From positions 1 through 51,359 of the IMG/VR virus record IMGVR_UViG_3300031519_004072: 51,359 nt of DNA; one strand, given 5' to 3'. This DNA comes from a virus. Lineage: Duplodnaviria; Caudoviricetes. The notes under the pieces are model-generated. The model saw only the letters and a list, made by a program, of their open reading frames with translations, did not search any database and was not told the origin of the DNA. The position numbers and the translations under genes are program-made. Positions 35,985-45,159 of the stretch are shown piece by piece. Within the stretch, counting starts at the first letter, position 1; every line of letters begins with the position of its first letter.

Positions 35985-38459
35985 ATGAGGTTTTATACGA
36001 ACATTGTGCCGTGGGGTAATTCATTACTCTTGCGTGAGGTAGTCAATGGAGAACGAGTTGCTAGAAAAATTAAGTACTCGCCAACTCTCTATTGCCCTGT
36101 TATGCGTGAGACTAAGTTTCAAACGCTAGACGGAAAATACGTTACACCAGTAAAACATCAAACAATCAAAGAAGCCAAAGAGTGGGTTGAAGCATATAAA
36201 AATCAACCACACTTAGTATATGGTAATACACAATTTCAATATTCATTTTTAAATGAAGAATACAATACAGACTTTGACAAAGATCAAATTCTAATTACTA
36301 CAATCGATATAGAAGTCGCTTGTGAGAATGGGTTTCCTAACCCCGATGTAGCAGAAGAAGAAATGCTATCAATTACATTAAAAAATCAATCAAACAAAGA
36401 GATTATTGTATTTGGTTTACACGAATATAAAACAAACAGAAAAGATGTAACTTATATCAAATGTAATAGTGAAAAAGATTTACTATACGATTTTCTAAAC
36501 TTCTGGTGTTCTAATTACCCCGATATTATTACTGGTTGGAATACAGAGTTTTTTGATATTCCATATCTAGTTAATAGAATTAAAAAGGTCTTAGGCGAAG
36601 ATGATGCTAAAAGATTATCACCTTGGAAATCTGTACATTCAAAAGATGTATATCAAATGGGTAGAACTCAAATGGTATATGACATTCAAGGTATTGCAGC
36701 TTTAGATTACTTTGACCTTTATAGAAAATTTACATACACCAATCAAGAAAGTTATAGACTAGATCATATTGCTAGTGTTGAACTTGGTGTAAAAAAAGAT
36801 GAAAACCCACACGATACATTTAGAGATTGGTACACAAACGATTATCAATCATTCATCGATTACAATATTAAAGATGTAGAAATTGTTGATGCATTAGAAG
36901 ACAAGATGAAACTAATTGAACTATGTTTAACTATGGCATATGAAGCCAAAGTAAATTATACAGATGTTCTTGGTTCGGTTAAGTATTGGGATATTCTAAT
37001 ACACAATTACTTAATGAGTAAAGGTGTTGTTATACCACAGAAAAAATCATCATCTAAAGATAGTAAGTATATGGGTGCATATGTTAAAGACCCTCAAGTC
37101 GGTATGCACAAATGGGTATTATCTTTTGACTTAAACTCTTTGTATCCACACTTAATTATGCAATATAATATATCACCAGAAACAATGAAGTCTGAACAAA
37201 CGGTACCTGGTATGACAATTGATAAACTTTTAAACCAAGAAGTTGATACATCACCACTTGGTGATAACGTAACGATGACTCCTAATGGTGCATTATTCAA
37301 TACAAAGAAACAAGGATTCCTACCAGAGATTATGCAGACCATGTATAATGATCGTGTAAAATACAAACGTTATATGTTGGATGCAAAACAACAATATGTA
37401 AATACAAAAGACCCAAAATTTGTTAAACAGATATCAAAGTTTGATAATATTCAAATGGCAAAAAAGATATCTCTTAACTCAGCTTATGGTGCGATTGGAA
37501 ACAATTGGTTTAGATATTATTCAAACACAATGGCAGAGGCAATCACTTCTTCTGGTCAGTTATCTATTCGTTGGATTGAAAAAAAGATTAATGAATTTAT
37601 GAATGATTTGCTTAAAACAAAAGATAAAGATTATGTAATTGCTTCTGATACAGATTCAGTTTACATTACATTCGATACATTGGTAGAAAAGTTTCAACCA
37701 AAAAACCCTGTGGACTTTCTTGATACAATTGCAAAAGAAAAGATTGAACCTTTTATTGATACATCATACAAAGAACTTGCAGAGTATTTAAATGCATATG
37801 ATCAAAAGATGCAGATGAAACGAGAAGTTATCGCAGACAAAGGTATATGGACAGCAAAGAAAAGATATATTCTAAATGCGTGGGATGTTGAAGGTGTTCG
37901 ATACAAAGAACCTGAACTTAAGATTATGGGGATTGAGGCAGTTAAATCATCCACACCAGCTGCATGTAGAGATAAGATCAAGGAAGCATTACATATTTTA
38001 ATGTCTGGTACTGAAAAAGAAATGAACACATTTATACAAACGTTTAGAGAAGAGTTTATGAACTTACCACCTGAACTAGTTGCGTATCCTAGAAGTGTAA
38101 ATGGTTTATCTAAATGGACAGAATCACATTCACTATTTAAGAAAGGTGCCCCTATACATGTTAAGGGTGCAATACTTTACAATCATTTAATAGAAAAGAA
38201 TAAATTACAAAGTCGTTATCCTTATATTCAAGAAGGTGATAAAATTAAGTTTCTTTATATGAAATTACCAAACATATATCAATCTTCTTCTATTGCATTT
38301 ATGACAAAACTTCCAAAACAATTAAACTTTGCAATTGACTATGAACTACAATTCGAAAAGTCTTTTGTTGAACCACTAAACTATATCATTGAAAAAATCA
38401 ATTGGAATGTTGATAGATCATATGGTACTGCTGGAAACCTAGAGGATTTCTTTGTATGA
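35985..38459 (+). CDS. gp43: Family B DNA polymerase (T4 gp43)
   Basis: Exo 'IDIE', 'GWN..FFD', 'YNIKD'; Pol 'SFDLNSLYP', 'KKISLNSAYG', 'SDTDS'. Confidence 0.98.
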   Translation: MRFYTNIVPWGNSLLLREVVNGERVARKIKYSPTLYCPVMRETKFQTLDGKYVTPVKHQTIKEAKEWVEAYKNQPHLVYGNTQFQYSFLNEEYNTDFDKDQILITTIDIEVACENGFPNPDVAEEEMLSITLKNQSNKEIIVFGLHEYKTNRKDVTYIKCNSEKDLLYDFLNFWCSNYPDIITGWNTEFFDIPYLVNRIKKVLGEDDAKRLSPWKSVHSKDVYQMGRTQMVYDIQGIAALDYFDLYRKFTYTNQESYRLDHIASVELGVKKDENPHDTFRDWYTNDYQSFIDYNIKDVEIVDALEDKMKLIELCLTMAYEAKVNYTDVLGSVKYWDILIHNYLMSKGVVIPQKKSSSKDSKYMGAYVKDPQVGMHKWVLSFDLNSLYPHLIMQYNISPETMKSEQTVPGMTIDKLLNQEVDTSPLGDNVTMTPNGALFNTKKQGFLPEIMQTMYNDRVKYKRYMLDAKQQYVNTKDPKFVKQISKFDNIQMAKKISLNSAYGAIGNNWFRYYSNTMAEAITSSGQLSIRWIEKKINEFMNDLLKTKDKDYVIASDTDSVYITFDTLVEKFQPKNPVDFLDTIAKEKIEPFIDTSYKELAEYLNAYDQKMQMKREVIADKGIWTAKKRYILNAWDVEGVRYKEPELKIMGIEAVKSSTPAACRDKIKEALHILMSGTEKEMNTFIQTFREEFMNLPPELVAYPRSVNGLSKWTESHSLFKKGAPIHVKGAILYNHLIEKNKLQSRYPYIQEGDKIKFLYMKLPNIYQSSSIAFMTKLPKQLNFAIDYELQFEKSFVEPLNYIIEKINWNVDRSYGTAGNLEDFFV

Positions 38460-39271
38460 TAGATAAACTGCTAGTTGAACATATAGATAAAACTGTAAAA
38501 GATGATTATGTTGCAGTATTATTATCTGGTGGAATTGACAGTATATCAGTAGGTTTAGCAGCTCAAGAGTGTGGAAAAAAGATCAATGCATACTCTTTTT
38601 GCCTTGACAATCAGGTCAGTTATGATTATAATAAGGCTAAAGAGATTGCAATTAAAAACGGCTGGGGATTCGTTGGAACTGTAATTGATACGAGCAAACT
38701 AGAGGAAGACTTTTACAAACTAGTAAACTTAGGATGTGTAAAGAAAACTCATTATGAATGTGTGTATCCTTTTATGTACGTCTACCCAAAGATTGCAGAA
38801 ACGTATGTTCTATCTGGTTGGGCTGCAGATGGTTATTATGGAGTGAGTAAAAAAGCAAATATCCATTACAAACATACAAAAGAAAAGTTTGATGAATTTA
38901 GAGATAACTATTTCTTGCCCGAGAATACTGCTGGATACAACTGGCACAAAAAAATTGCAGATAAGTATAATAAAGTTTTTGTTACACCTTATCTAACAAA
39001 GGAAGTGAAAGATTATTTTTATAGTATGGATTGGTATCAATTAAATCAACCTTATCAAAAGCATCATGTTAGAACTGCTTTTAATATTGGTAAAGATGTT
39101 AAGAAACATTTAAACTTACAATTAGATTCTGGTGTCAACTTACTATTTGAAAGACTGCTAAATAATACTGAAATTAATTACAAAGGTAGAACAAGAGTAA
39201 TGGATTTAGTAAGAGATTGGCCGAAACAAAAACAAACTGTACCTGCAAACTTGGAGGCATTTATATTATGA
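38456..39271 (+). CDS. Asparagine-synthetase-like ATP-dependent amide ligase (synthetase domain only)
   Basis: PP-loop 'LLSGGIDS', 'VLSGWAADGYYG' (cf. AsnB SGEGADE), 'TPYL'; no glutaminase domain. Confidence 0.75.
   Translation: MIDKLLVEHIDKTVKDDYVAVLLSGGIDSISVGLAAQECGKKINAYSFCLDNQVSYDYNKAKEIAIKNGWGFVGTVIDTSKLEEDFYKLVNLGCVKKTHYECVYPFMYVYPKIAETYVLSGWAADGYYGVSKKANIHYKHTKEKFDEFRDNYFLPENTAGYNWHKKIADKYNKVFVTPYLTKEVKDYFYSMDWYQLNQPYQKHHVRTAFNIGKDVKKHLNLQLDSGVNLLFERLLNNTEINYKGRTRVMDLVRDWPKQKQTVPANLEAFIL
38604..38632 (+). promoter_or_regulatory. Intragenic perfect-consensus sigma70 promoter TTGACA-N17-TATAAT
   Basis: TTGACA 38604-38609, TATAAT 38627-38632, preceded by CC as in the intergenic promoters of this window. 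Confidence 0.7.
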
Positions 39272-40404
39272 AGTACAAACCATATCTAATGAAAGACGTT
39301 TATGCTGGAGAAGCATTAGAAAAATTTAGAGTAATATCTACTTTCGCTGGTGGTGGTGGATCATCAACAGGTTACAGACTTGCTGGTGGTAAGATACTTG
39401 CAATCAATGAATTTGTTGAAGAGGCAAGAAATACTTACAGAGATAATTATCCAAACACACCTATACTTGATGGTGATATAAAAGATTTAAAAGGAGAAGA
39501 CTTTCTAAAACTTACAGGTTTAAAAGAAGGCGAACTAGATTTATTAGATGGTAGTCCACCTTGTTCAGCATTTAGTATGTGTGGTACTCTTGCAAGAGAG
39601 GGAACTGTACATAGTGATGGGTTTGGAAAAACTAAACAATATTCAGATGGCAAAACAGTAACTAACATTGAAGATTTATTCTTTGAGTTTTTAAGAGTTG
39701 CTAATGTTATCAGACCAAAAACTATTATTGCAGAGAACGTTGAAGGTCTAACAGTTGGAGAAGCAAAACAATACTTCAACAAAATACAAAATACATTTGA
39801 GGACATTGGATATCAAGTAGTTGCAAAAGTACATGATTGTTCTCTATTTGGTGTTCCACAAAGAAGACGTAGAGTTTTCTTCATGGGAGTAAGAGACGAT
39901 ATTATGGATCAAGTTGGTTTAAACTTTATGACATTATCATCTTTGTTTCCTACACCAAACAATACAATAACAACTTTACAGGGTGCATTTGACGGATTAG
40001 AGTATGATCAAGAAGAACTTGAAATGCTTACTACTAAATGGAAAGAAACAGCATACTATAAACAAACGTGTACATTGATGCCAAGAAATCCAGCAAAGGT
40101 TATTACAGGAACAGATTATCATCCTAAAGGATGGCATTTCAATCTTAAGATTGCTTCAGAATTTCAACCAAGTCCTACTATTACAGCAATGGGTGCAACA
40201 GAAAAAACTGCTGGTGTTTGTCATTGGAATGATGATAGAAAATTTACTTTGGGTGAATTAAAAAGAGTGACATCATTACCTGATGATTTTAAATTGACAG
40301 GGAAGTGGTCACAAAAAAGTGAACGTTGTGGTCGTATGGTTCCTAGTTTAATGATGGCTCATCTTGCAGACTCGATGTATAAAAAAGTTTTAAAAAATAT
40401 ATGA
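39268..40404 (+). CDS. C5-cytosine DNA methyltransferase family enzyme, probable carboxymethyltransferase
   Basis: Motif I 'TFAGGGG', IV 'GSPPCSAFS', VI 'AENV', VIII 'PQRRRRVF'; motif X is 'GRMVP' instead of GN(A/S)VP; ATG after GGAGG. Confidence 0.9.
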   Translation: MKYKPYLMKDVYAGEALEKFRVISTFAGGGGSSTGYRLAGGKILAINEFVEEARNTYRDNYPNTPILDGDIKDLKGEDFLKLTGLKEGELDLLDGSPPCSAFSMCGTLAREGTVHSDGFGKTKQYSDGKTVTNIEDLFFEFLRVANVIRPKTIIAENVEGLTVGEAKQYFNKIQNTFEDIGYQVVAKVHDCSLFGVPQRRRRVFFMGVRDDIMDQVGLNFMTLSSLFPTPNNTITTLQGAFDGLEYDQEELEMLTTKWKETAYYKQTCTLMPRNPAKVITGTDYHPKGWHFNLKIASEFQPSPTITAMGATEKTAGVCHWNDDRKFTLGELKRVTSLPDDFKLTGKWSQKSERCGRMVPSLMMAHLADSMYKKVLKNI

Positions 40405-40466
40405 TAGAGTTTTTAATAATACTCTTTGTGTGTTTAGTTATGTATAGGTATAAAACAAAATTATGA
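40401..40466 (+). CDS. 21-aa hydrophobic peptide MIEFLIILFVCLVMYRYKTKL
   Basis: ATGA overlaps at both ends (translational coupling). Confidence 0.4.
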   Translation: MIEFLIILFVCLVMYRYKTKL

Positions 40467-40627
40467 TCAGAGTAGTAAGAAAATTTATAGTTAAACTAAG
40501 AATGAAATGGGCAGATATAAGAGGACATCATGGCAAGAAGTGGGATTATGAAGCAGGTGAATTTTATATGGGAATTAGAAAGAGTAAGAAGTATGGACAT
40601 AAATTTAAAAATAAAGAGAGGATGTAA
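40463..40627 (+). CDS. 54-aa basic protein (…KLRMKWADIRGHHGKKWDYE…)
   Basis: ATGA overlap upstream and TAATG overlap with cmoA; not in the ORF track. Confidence 0.6.
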   Translation: MIRVVRKFIVKLRMKWADIRGHHGKKWDYEAGEFYMGIRKSKKYGHKFKNKERM

Positions 40628-41319
40628 TGGCTGATTTTACTTTTGCACATAGAGAAGAAGGTTTTGATAATCACATAGATAAAAGTATTCGTGGGTATCA
40701 AGATTTACTAACCGATGTAGTTTCATTGTCTAGATACTTTATTGAAAGTCATACCAACGTTTATGATGTTGGTTGTTCAACAGGTAAACTAACAGAAGCA
40801 TTAATTAAAAAGAATAAGGATATTGAAGATGTATATTACCACGGTATAGAAGTTGCTGACGGATTTGTTGGTGATATGAAACATAGAGGTAATCTTTTAA
40901 AACAAGAATATCCTAAACAAAAAATTCAATTCCTACATGAAGATGTAAGAGACTCTACAATGTCTAATGCATCATTAATTACTTCAATATTTACTTTACA
41001 GTTTATGTCAATGAAAGATAGAGCACCAATGATTAAAAAGATTTATGATGGTTTAAATGAAGGTGGTGCGTTTGTCTTTGCAGAAAAAACTATATGTGAG
41101 AATGCTAAGTTTCAAGAAATGATTACTTTTAACTTCTATGATTACAAACGAAAGTATTTTACTACCGAAGATATTATGGACAAAGAACAAGTGTTAAGAA
41201 ATATTATGAAACCTAATACTTGGAAACAAATAGAACAATACATGTATGATGCAGGTTTCAAAGATGTACAACCATTCTGGCGTAATCATATGTTTGTAGG
41301 AGCAGTAGCAGTAAAATGA
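40627..41319 (+). CDS. cmoA: CmoA-like carboxy-SAM synthase
   Basis: 'FTF....FDNHIDKSIRGY', 'YDVGCSTG', 'FTLQF', 'IYDGLNEGGAFVFAEK', 'AGF'. Confidence 0.85.
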   Translation: MADFTFAHREEGFDNHIDKSIRGYQDLLTDVVSLSRYFIESHTNVYDVGCSTGKLTEALIKKNKDIEDVYYHGIEVADGFVGDMKHRGNLLKQEYPKQKIQFLHEDVRDSTMSNASLITSIFTLQFMSMKDRAPMIKKIYDGLNEGGAFVFAEKTICENAKFQEMITFNFYDYKRKYFTTEDIMDKEQVLRNIMKPNTWKQIEQYMYDAGFKDVQPFWRNHMFVGAVAVK

Positions 41320-41702
41320 GCAACTTTAAAAAAGTAGAAAAGTTTATGAAAGCGTATGATCAAGAAGTTTTAACTACGCCACAATTACCAACATTTGAAT
41401 TAGCAGAATTAAGAACTGAATTAATTAAGGAAGAATTTACCGAACTTATTACAGCAATAAATAAGTTTGATCTGGTAGAGATAGCAGATGCATTGACAGA
41501 TATCCTATACGTCACCTATGGAGCTGGACATGCAATGGGCATCGATCTTGATAAATGTTTTAAAGAAGTACACACTTCTAACATGAGCAAGATGGGTAAA
41601 GACGGCAAACCAGTAAAAGGCCCTAGTGGAAAAGTAATGAAAGGTGAAAACTATAAAGAACCCAATTTAAACAAGGTTCTATTTGGAGATAATAATGAGT
41701 GA
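41316..41702 (+). CDS. MazG-like/PRA-PH nucleoside triphosphate pyrophosphohydrolase
   Basis: 'LIKEEFTEL', '[15 protein letters not shown]', 'EVHTSNMSK', 'GKVMKG'. Confidence 0.88.
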   Translation: MSNFKKVEKFMKAYDQEVLTTPQLPTFELAELRTELIKEEFTELITAINKFDLVEIADALTDILYVTYGAGHAMGIDLDKCFKEVHTSNMSKMGKDGKPVKGPSGKVMKGENYKEPNLNKVLFGDNNE

Positions 41703-42726
41703 TTTTTTAAAAGATATAATTAAGAGTACGGGCAATGAATATGCTAATCTAGTATCAGATGGTGTCGAGTCTGGTGATGTAGAGAACTTTATCGATACAG
41801 GAAGTTACATGATGAATGCAATCTTATCAGGTTCTATTCATGGTGGATTGGCAGGTAATAAAATTACTGCATTGGCAGGTGAATCTGCAACAGGTAAAAC
41901 ATTTTTCTTAATGGGAATGTGTAAACATTTCTTAGATCAGAACCCAGAGGGTGGTGTTATATTTTTTGAATCAGAAAGTGCGATTACTAAAAATATGGTA
42001 GAAACTAGAGGAATTGATTCTAAGAGAATGGTTATAATGCCAGTTGCAACTGTACAAGAATTTAGAACTCAAGCATTAAAAGTTTTAGAAACATATCAAC
42101 AAACACCAGAGGCAAATCGTAAACCAATGTTTATGTGTTTAGATTCTCTTGGTATGTTATCAACTACAAAAGAAGTAGAAGATACTGCTGAGGGTAAAGA
42201 GACTAGAGACATGACAAGAGCTCAAGTCTTGAAAGCTGCATTTAGAGTATTAACATTAAAACTTGGTAAAGCAAAAGTACCAATGGTTGTTACTAATCAT
42301 ACTTATGATGTAGTTGGATCGTATATACCTATGAAAGAAATGGGTGGTGGAAGTGGATTAAAATATGCAGCTTCTTCTATTGTATATCTTTCTAAGAAAA
42401 AAGAAAAAGACGGAACAGAGGTCGTAGGTAATATTATAAAGATTAAGAATCAGAAATCTAGATTGACAAAAGAAAACTCTATGTGTGAAGTTAGACTTAC
42501 ATACGATAAAGGTCTTGACAGATACTATGGTCTATTATCACTTGCAGAGAAATATAATATCTTCAAGAAAGTATCTACAAAATACGAACTACCAGATGGC
42601 AAGAAATTTTTTGGTAAAACAATTAATGATAACCCCGAAACATACTTTACAGAAGAGGTTCTAGAAAAACTAGACATCGCTGCAAAGAAAGAATTTATGT
42701 ATGGAAATGAAGAGGAAAGTGAATAA
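41695..42726 (+). CDS. uvsX: RecA-like recombinase UvsX
   Basis: 'DTGSY', '[10 protein letters not shown]', 'LDSLGML', 'VTNHTY', '[12 protein letters not shown]'. Confidence 0.95.
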   Translation: MSDFLKDIIKSTGNEYANLVSDGVESGDVENFIDTGSYMMNAILSGSIHGGLAGNKITALAGESATGKTFFLMGMCKHFLDQNPEGGVIFFESESAITKNMVETRGIDSKRMVIMPVATVQEFRTQALKVLETYQQTPEANRKPMFMCLDSLGMLSTTKEVEDTAEGKETRDMTRAQVLKAAFRVLTLKLGKAKVPMVVTNHTYDVVGSYIPMKEMGGGSGLKYAASSIVYLSKKKEKDGTEVVGNIIKIKNQKSRLTKENSMCEVRLTYDKGLDRYYGLLSLAEKYNIFKKVSTKYELPDGKKFFGKTINDNPETYFTEEVLEKLDIAAKKEFMYGNEEESE

Positions 42727-43280
42727 TGGAAAAAGATAATCTAATAAGAGTATTTCCCAAAGCGTTTAGTGAAGAACTATGCGATAGGTTAGTTAAAAAG
42801 TATGAGGACTCTCTTGACAAAGACAAACAAAGACATGGTGCTGGACGTATGAATTTCACACAACTAAATCTTAGAGAAGCAGGTTGGGAAAAAGAACAAG
42901 CTGAACTTGTACAAATATATGTTGAACATGCTAAGAAGTATGCATCTTCTGTGGGTATCACAAACGAATGGCCAATGAAATATGCATTGGAAGACCTTAG
43001 ATTAAAAAAATATTTACCTAATGATCATGATGAGTTTGGACCTCATGTGGATGTAGGTGATAATAAAAACTGTACAAGATTTATGGTTTTCTTTGTTTAT
43101 CTAGATGATAATGAAGAAGGTGGTACCGTATTTCCAAAATTAAACTTTCATGCTAAATGCAAGAAAGGTGACATGTTAATGTTTCCGCCTATGTGGACAC
43201 ACTTACATGCTGGGTTAAAACCAAAAGACAAACCGAAGTATATGATAGGAAGTTATTTACATTACGTTGGCGACATTTAA
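42726..43280 (+). CDS. 2OG-Fe(II) oxygenase (prolyl-hydroxylase-like)
   Basis: 'PHVD', 'VYLDD..GGTVF', 'FPPMWTHLHAG', 'KYMIGSY'. Confidence 0.88.
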   Translation: MEKDNLIRVFPKAFSEELCDRLVKKYEDSLDKDKQRHGAGRMNFTQLNLREAGWEKEQAELVQIYVEHAKKYASSVGITNEWPMKYALEDLRLKKYLPNDHDEFGPHVDVGDNKNCTRFMVFFVYLDDNEEGGTVFPKLNFHAKCKKGDMLMFPPMWTHLHAGLKPKDKPKYMIGSYLHYVGDI

Positions 43281-43282
43281 GA

Positions 43283-43564
43283 ATGACAAAATTTAGTTAT
43301 ATAGAAACTGCAAAGTACCCCGAACAAACTTGTATAGGAATCAATGAAGGCAAGTTTGCAGGTGTTGTGTACAAGTATGGTAAAGTCACACCAATTGAGA
43401 AAGATAATATGTTGACAATGCAGTTTGAATATGATATAGTTGAAAACAATGCAATACCAAGAGATCAATTTGATGATAAATTTTTTAAATTGATTGGTGA
43501 TATATTAATGGAAGTAATGGATGAAAAATATAGAACGGACAATACTAGCAAATCTGATATGTAA
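43283..43564 (+). CDS. Head vertex assembly chaperone-like protein (T4 gp40 position)
   Basis: Small protein between uvsX and gp41; 'GKFAGVVYKYGKV', 'FEYDI', 'IGDIL'. Confidence 0.55.
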   Translation: MTKFSYIETAKYPEQTCIGINEGKFAGVVYKYGKVTPIEKDNMLTMQFEYDIVENNAIPRDQFDDKFFKLIGDILMEVMDEKYRTDNTSKSDM

Positions 43565-44912
43565 TGATGAGTACGCAAGAAAAGTACTACCATTTCTAAA
43601 GCCAGATTATTTTCAAGACAATAACGAAAAGATTGTATTTGATGAGATAAGCAAATTTGCTATGAAGTATAGCAAGTTGCCAACAAAAACATCATTACAA
43701 GTTGAACTTGGTACTAGGAAAGATTTAAACGAACAGCAGTTTAAAGATATATCAGAATTAGTAACAACGTTATCGACAGACGATGTTGATAGTCAATGGT
43801 TGTTAGATACTACTGAAACATTTTGTAAAGACAAAGCAGTTTATAACGCAGTAGTTGACGGTATATCTATTATTGAGGGAAGAGATAAAAATAGAAAGCC
43901 AGATGCATTACCTAGTCTATTAACGAATGCTCTTGCAGTATCTTTTGACAATAGAGTTGGACATGATTATCTAACAGATGCAGAAGAAAGATTTGATTTT
44001 TATCACAAAACAGAAAAACGTATTCCATTTGATTTAGATTTCTTTAACAAGATTACTAAAGGTGGACTACCACAAAAAACACTAAACATTGCATTGGCAG
44101 GTACAGGGGTTGGTAAATCTTTGTTCATGTGTCACATGGCTGCAAACTGTTTAAATCAAGGACGTAGTGTTCTTTATATTACAATGGAAATGGCAGAGGA
44201 ACGTATCGCAGAAAGAATAGATGCAAACCTTATGAATATTTCTATGGAAGATTTACATGACTTACCAAAAAAAATGTACGAAGATAAAATGGAAAGAATT
44301 GCCAACAAGACTAAAGGCAGACTTATCATAAAAGAATACCCAACCGCATCAGCACATACAAATCATTTTAGAGCATTGATACAAGAACTAGCAATTAAGA
44401 AGAGTTTCAAAGCAGACATCATCTTTATTGACTATCTAAATATCTGTGCATCATCTAGATTTAAAGGTGGATCAAATATAAATTCTTATACAATGATTAA
44501 GTCTATCGCAGAAGAATTGCGAGGACTTGCAGTAGAGAATAACTTACCGATTGTTTCGGCAACACAAACAACAAGAAGTGGATTCGTATCTAGTGATATC
44601 GGATTAGAAGATACAGCAGAATCGTTTGGATTACCAGCGACTGCTGACTTTATGTTTGCGTTAGTATCGAATGAAGAAATGGATGAGTTAGGACAAATCA
44701 CAGTTAAACAGTTGAAGAACAGGTACAATGATCCTACTGTTAACAAAAGATTTGTATTAGGAATTGACCGATCTAAAATGAAGTTATATGATGTTGAGTT
44801 GAATGCTCAACACGATCTAGTCAATAATGGACAGGAAGCAGAAAACATTCCTGTATTTGATAAATCAGAAAGTGGAGCAAGGTATGAGAAATTCGGTAAA
44901 CTCAAAGTTTAG
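43521..44912 (+). CDS. gp41: Replicative DnaB-like helicase (T4 gp41)
   Basis: 'LAGTGVGKSLFMC', 'ITMEMAEE', 'IKEYPT', 'FIDYL', 'SATQTTRSG', 'KQLKNRY'. Confidence 0.96.
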   Translation: MKNIERTILANLICNDEYARKVLPFLKPDYFQDNNEKIVFDEISKFAMKYSKLPTKTSLQVELGTRKDLNEQQFKDISELVTTLSTDDVDSQWLLDTTETFCKDKAVYNAVVDGISIIEGRDKNRKPDALPSLLTNALAVSFDNRVGHDYLTDAEERFDFYHKTEKRIPFDLDFFNKITKGGLPQKTLNIALAGTGVGKSLFMCHMAANCLNQGRSVLYITMEMAEERIAERIDANLMNISMEDLHDLPKKMYEDKMERIANKTKGRLIIKEYPTASAHTNHFRALIQELAIKKSFKADIIFIDYLNICASSRFKGGSNINSYTMIKSIAEELRGLAVENNLPIVSATQTTRSGFVSSDIGLEDTAESFGLPATADFMFALVSNEEMDELGQITVKQLKNRYNDPTVNKRFVLGIDRSKMKLYDVELNAQHDLVNNGQEAENIPVFDKSESGARYEKFGKLKV

Positions 44913-45117
44913 ATCAAAACGTAAGAGGTTCTTACTTAGATTTGAAAAGGATAATAAGAACTATCCTTATGCAGTAGTTGACTCTAAATTTAACAATTAT
45001 GTAGGCAGAAACTTCAAAACAGAGGAAGAAGCGATATCGTGGAGAGACTTTCAAAATAAAACACCCACATTTGGCCACTTTGAAATACCTAAATGCATTA
45101 GAATTTACAATACATAA
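44884..45117 (+). CDS. Hypothetical protein
   Basis: ATG 44884 follows GGAG; 77 aa, basic. Confidence 0.55.
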   Translation: MRNSVNSKFRSKRKRFLLRFEKDNKNYPYAVVDSKFNNYVGRNFKTEEEAISWRDFQNKTPTFGHFEIPKCIRIYNT

Positions 45118-45120
45118 ATA
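45113..45120 (+). promoter_or_regulatory. Late promoter variant CATAAATA heading the right-end cassette
   Basis: Near-consensus box upstream of GGAG and ATG 45160. Confidence 0.6.
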
Positions 45121-45159
45121 CTACTATTAGTAAAAACATATGTAAAATGGAGCGATTGA

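Noticed and set aside
26178-43280. 2OG-Fe(II) oxygenases as TET/JBP 5mC oxidases
   Set aside because: Their motifs look like short prolyl-hydroxylase-type enzymes and none is adjacent to the C5 transferase; not supportable without an HMM search.
670-44912. Introns or inteins in gp17, gp43, uvsX, gp41 or gp46
   Set aside because: The ORFs are continuous, of normal length, and show no splicing or LAGLIDADG motifs.
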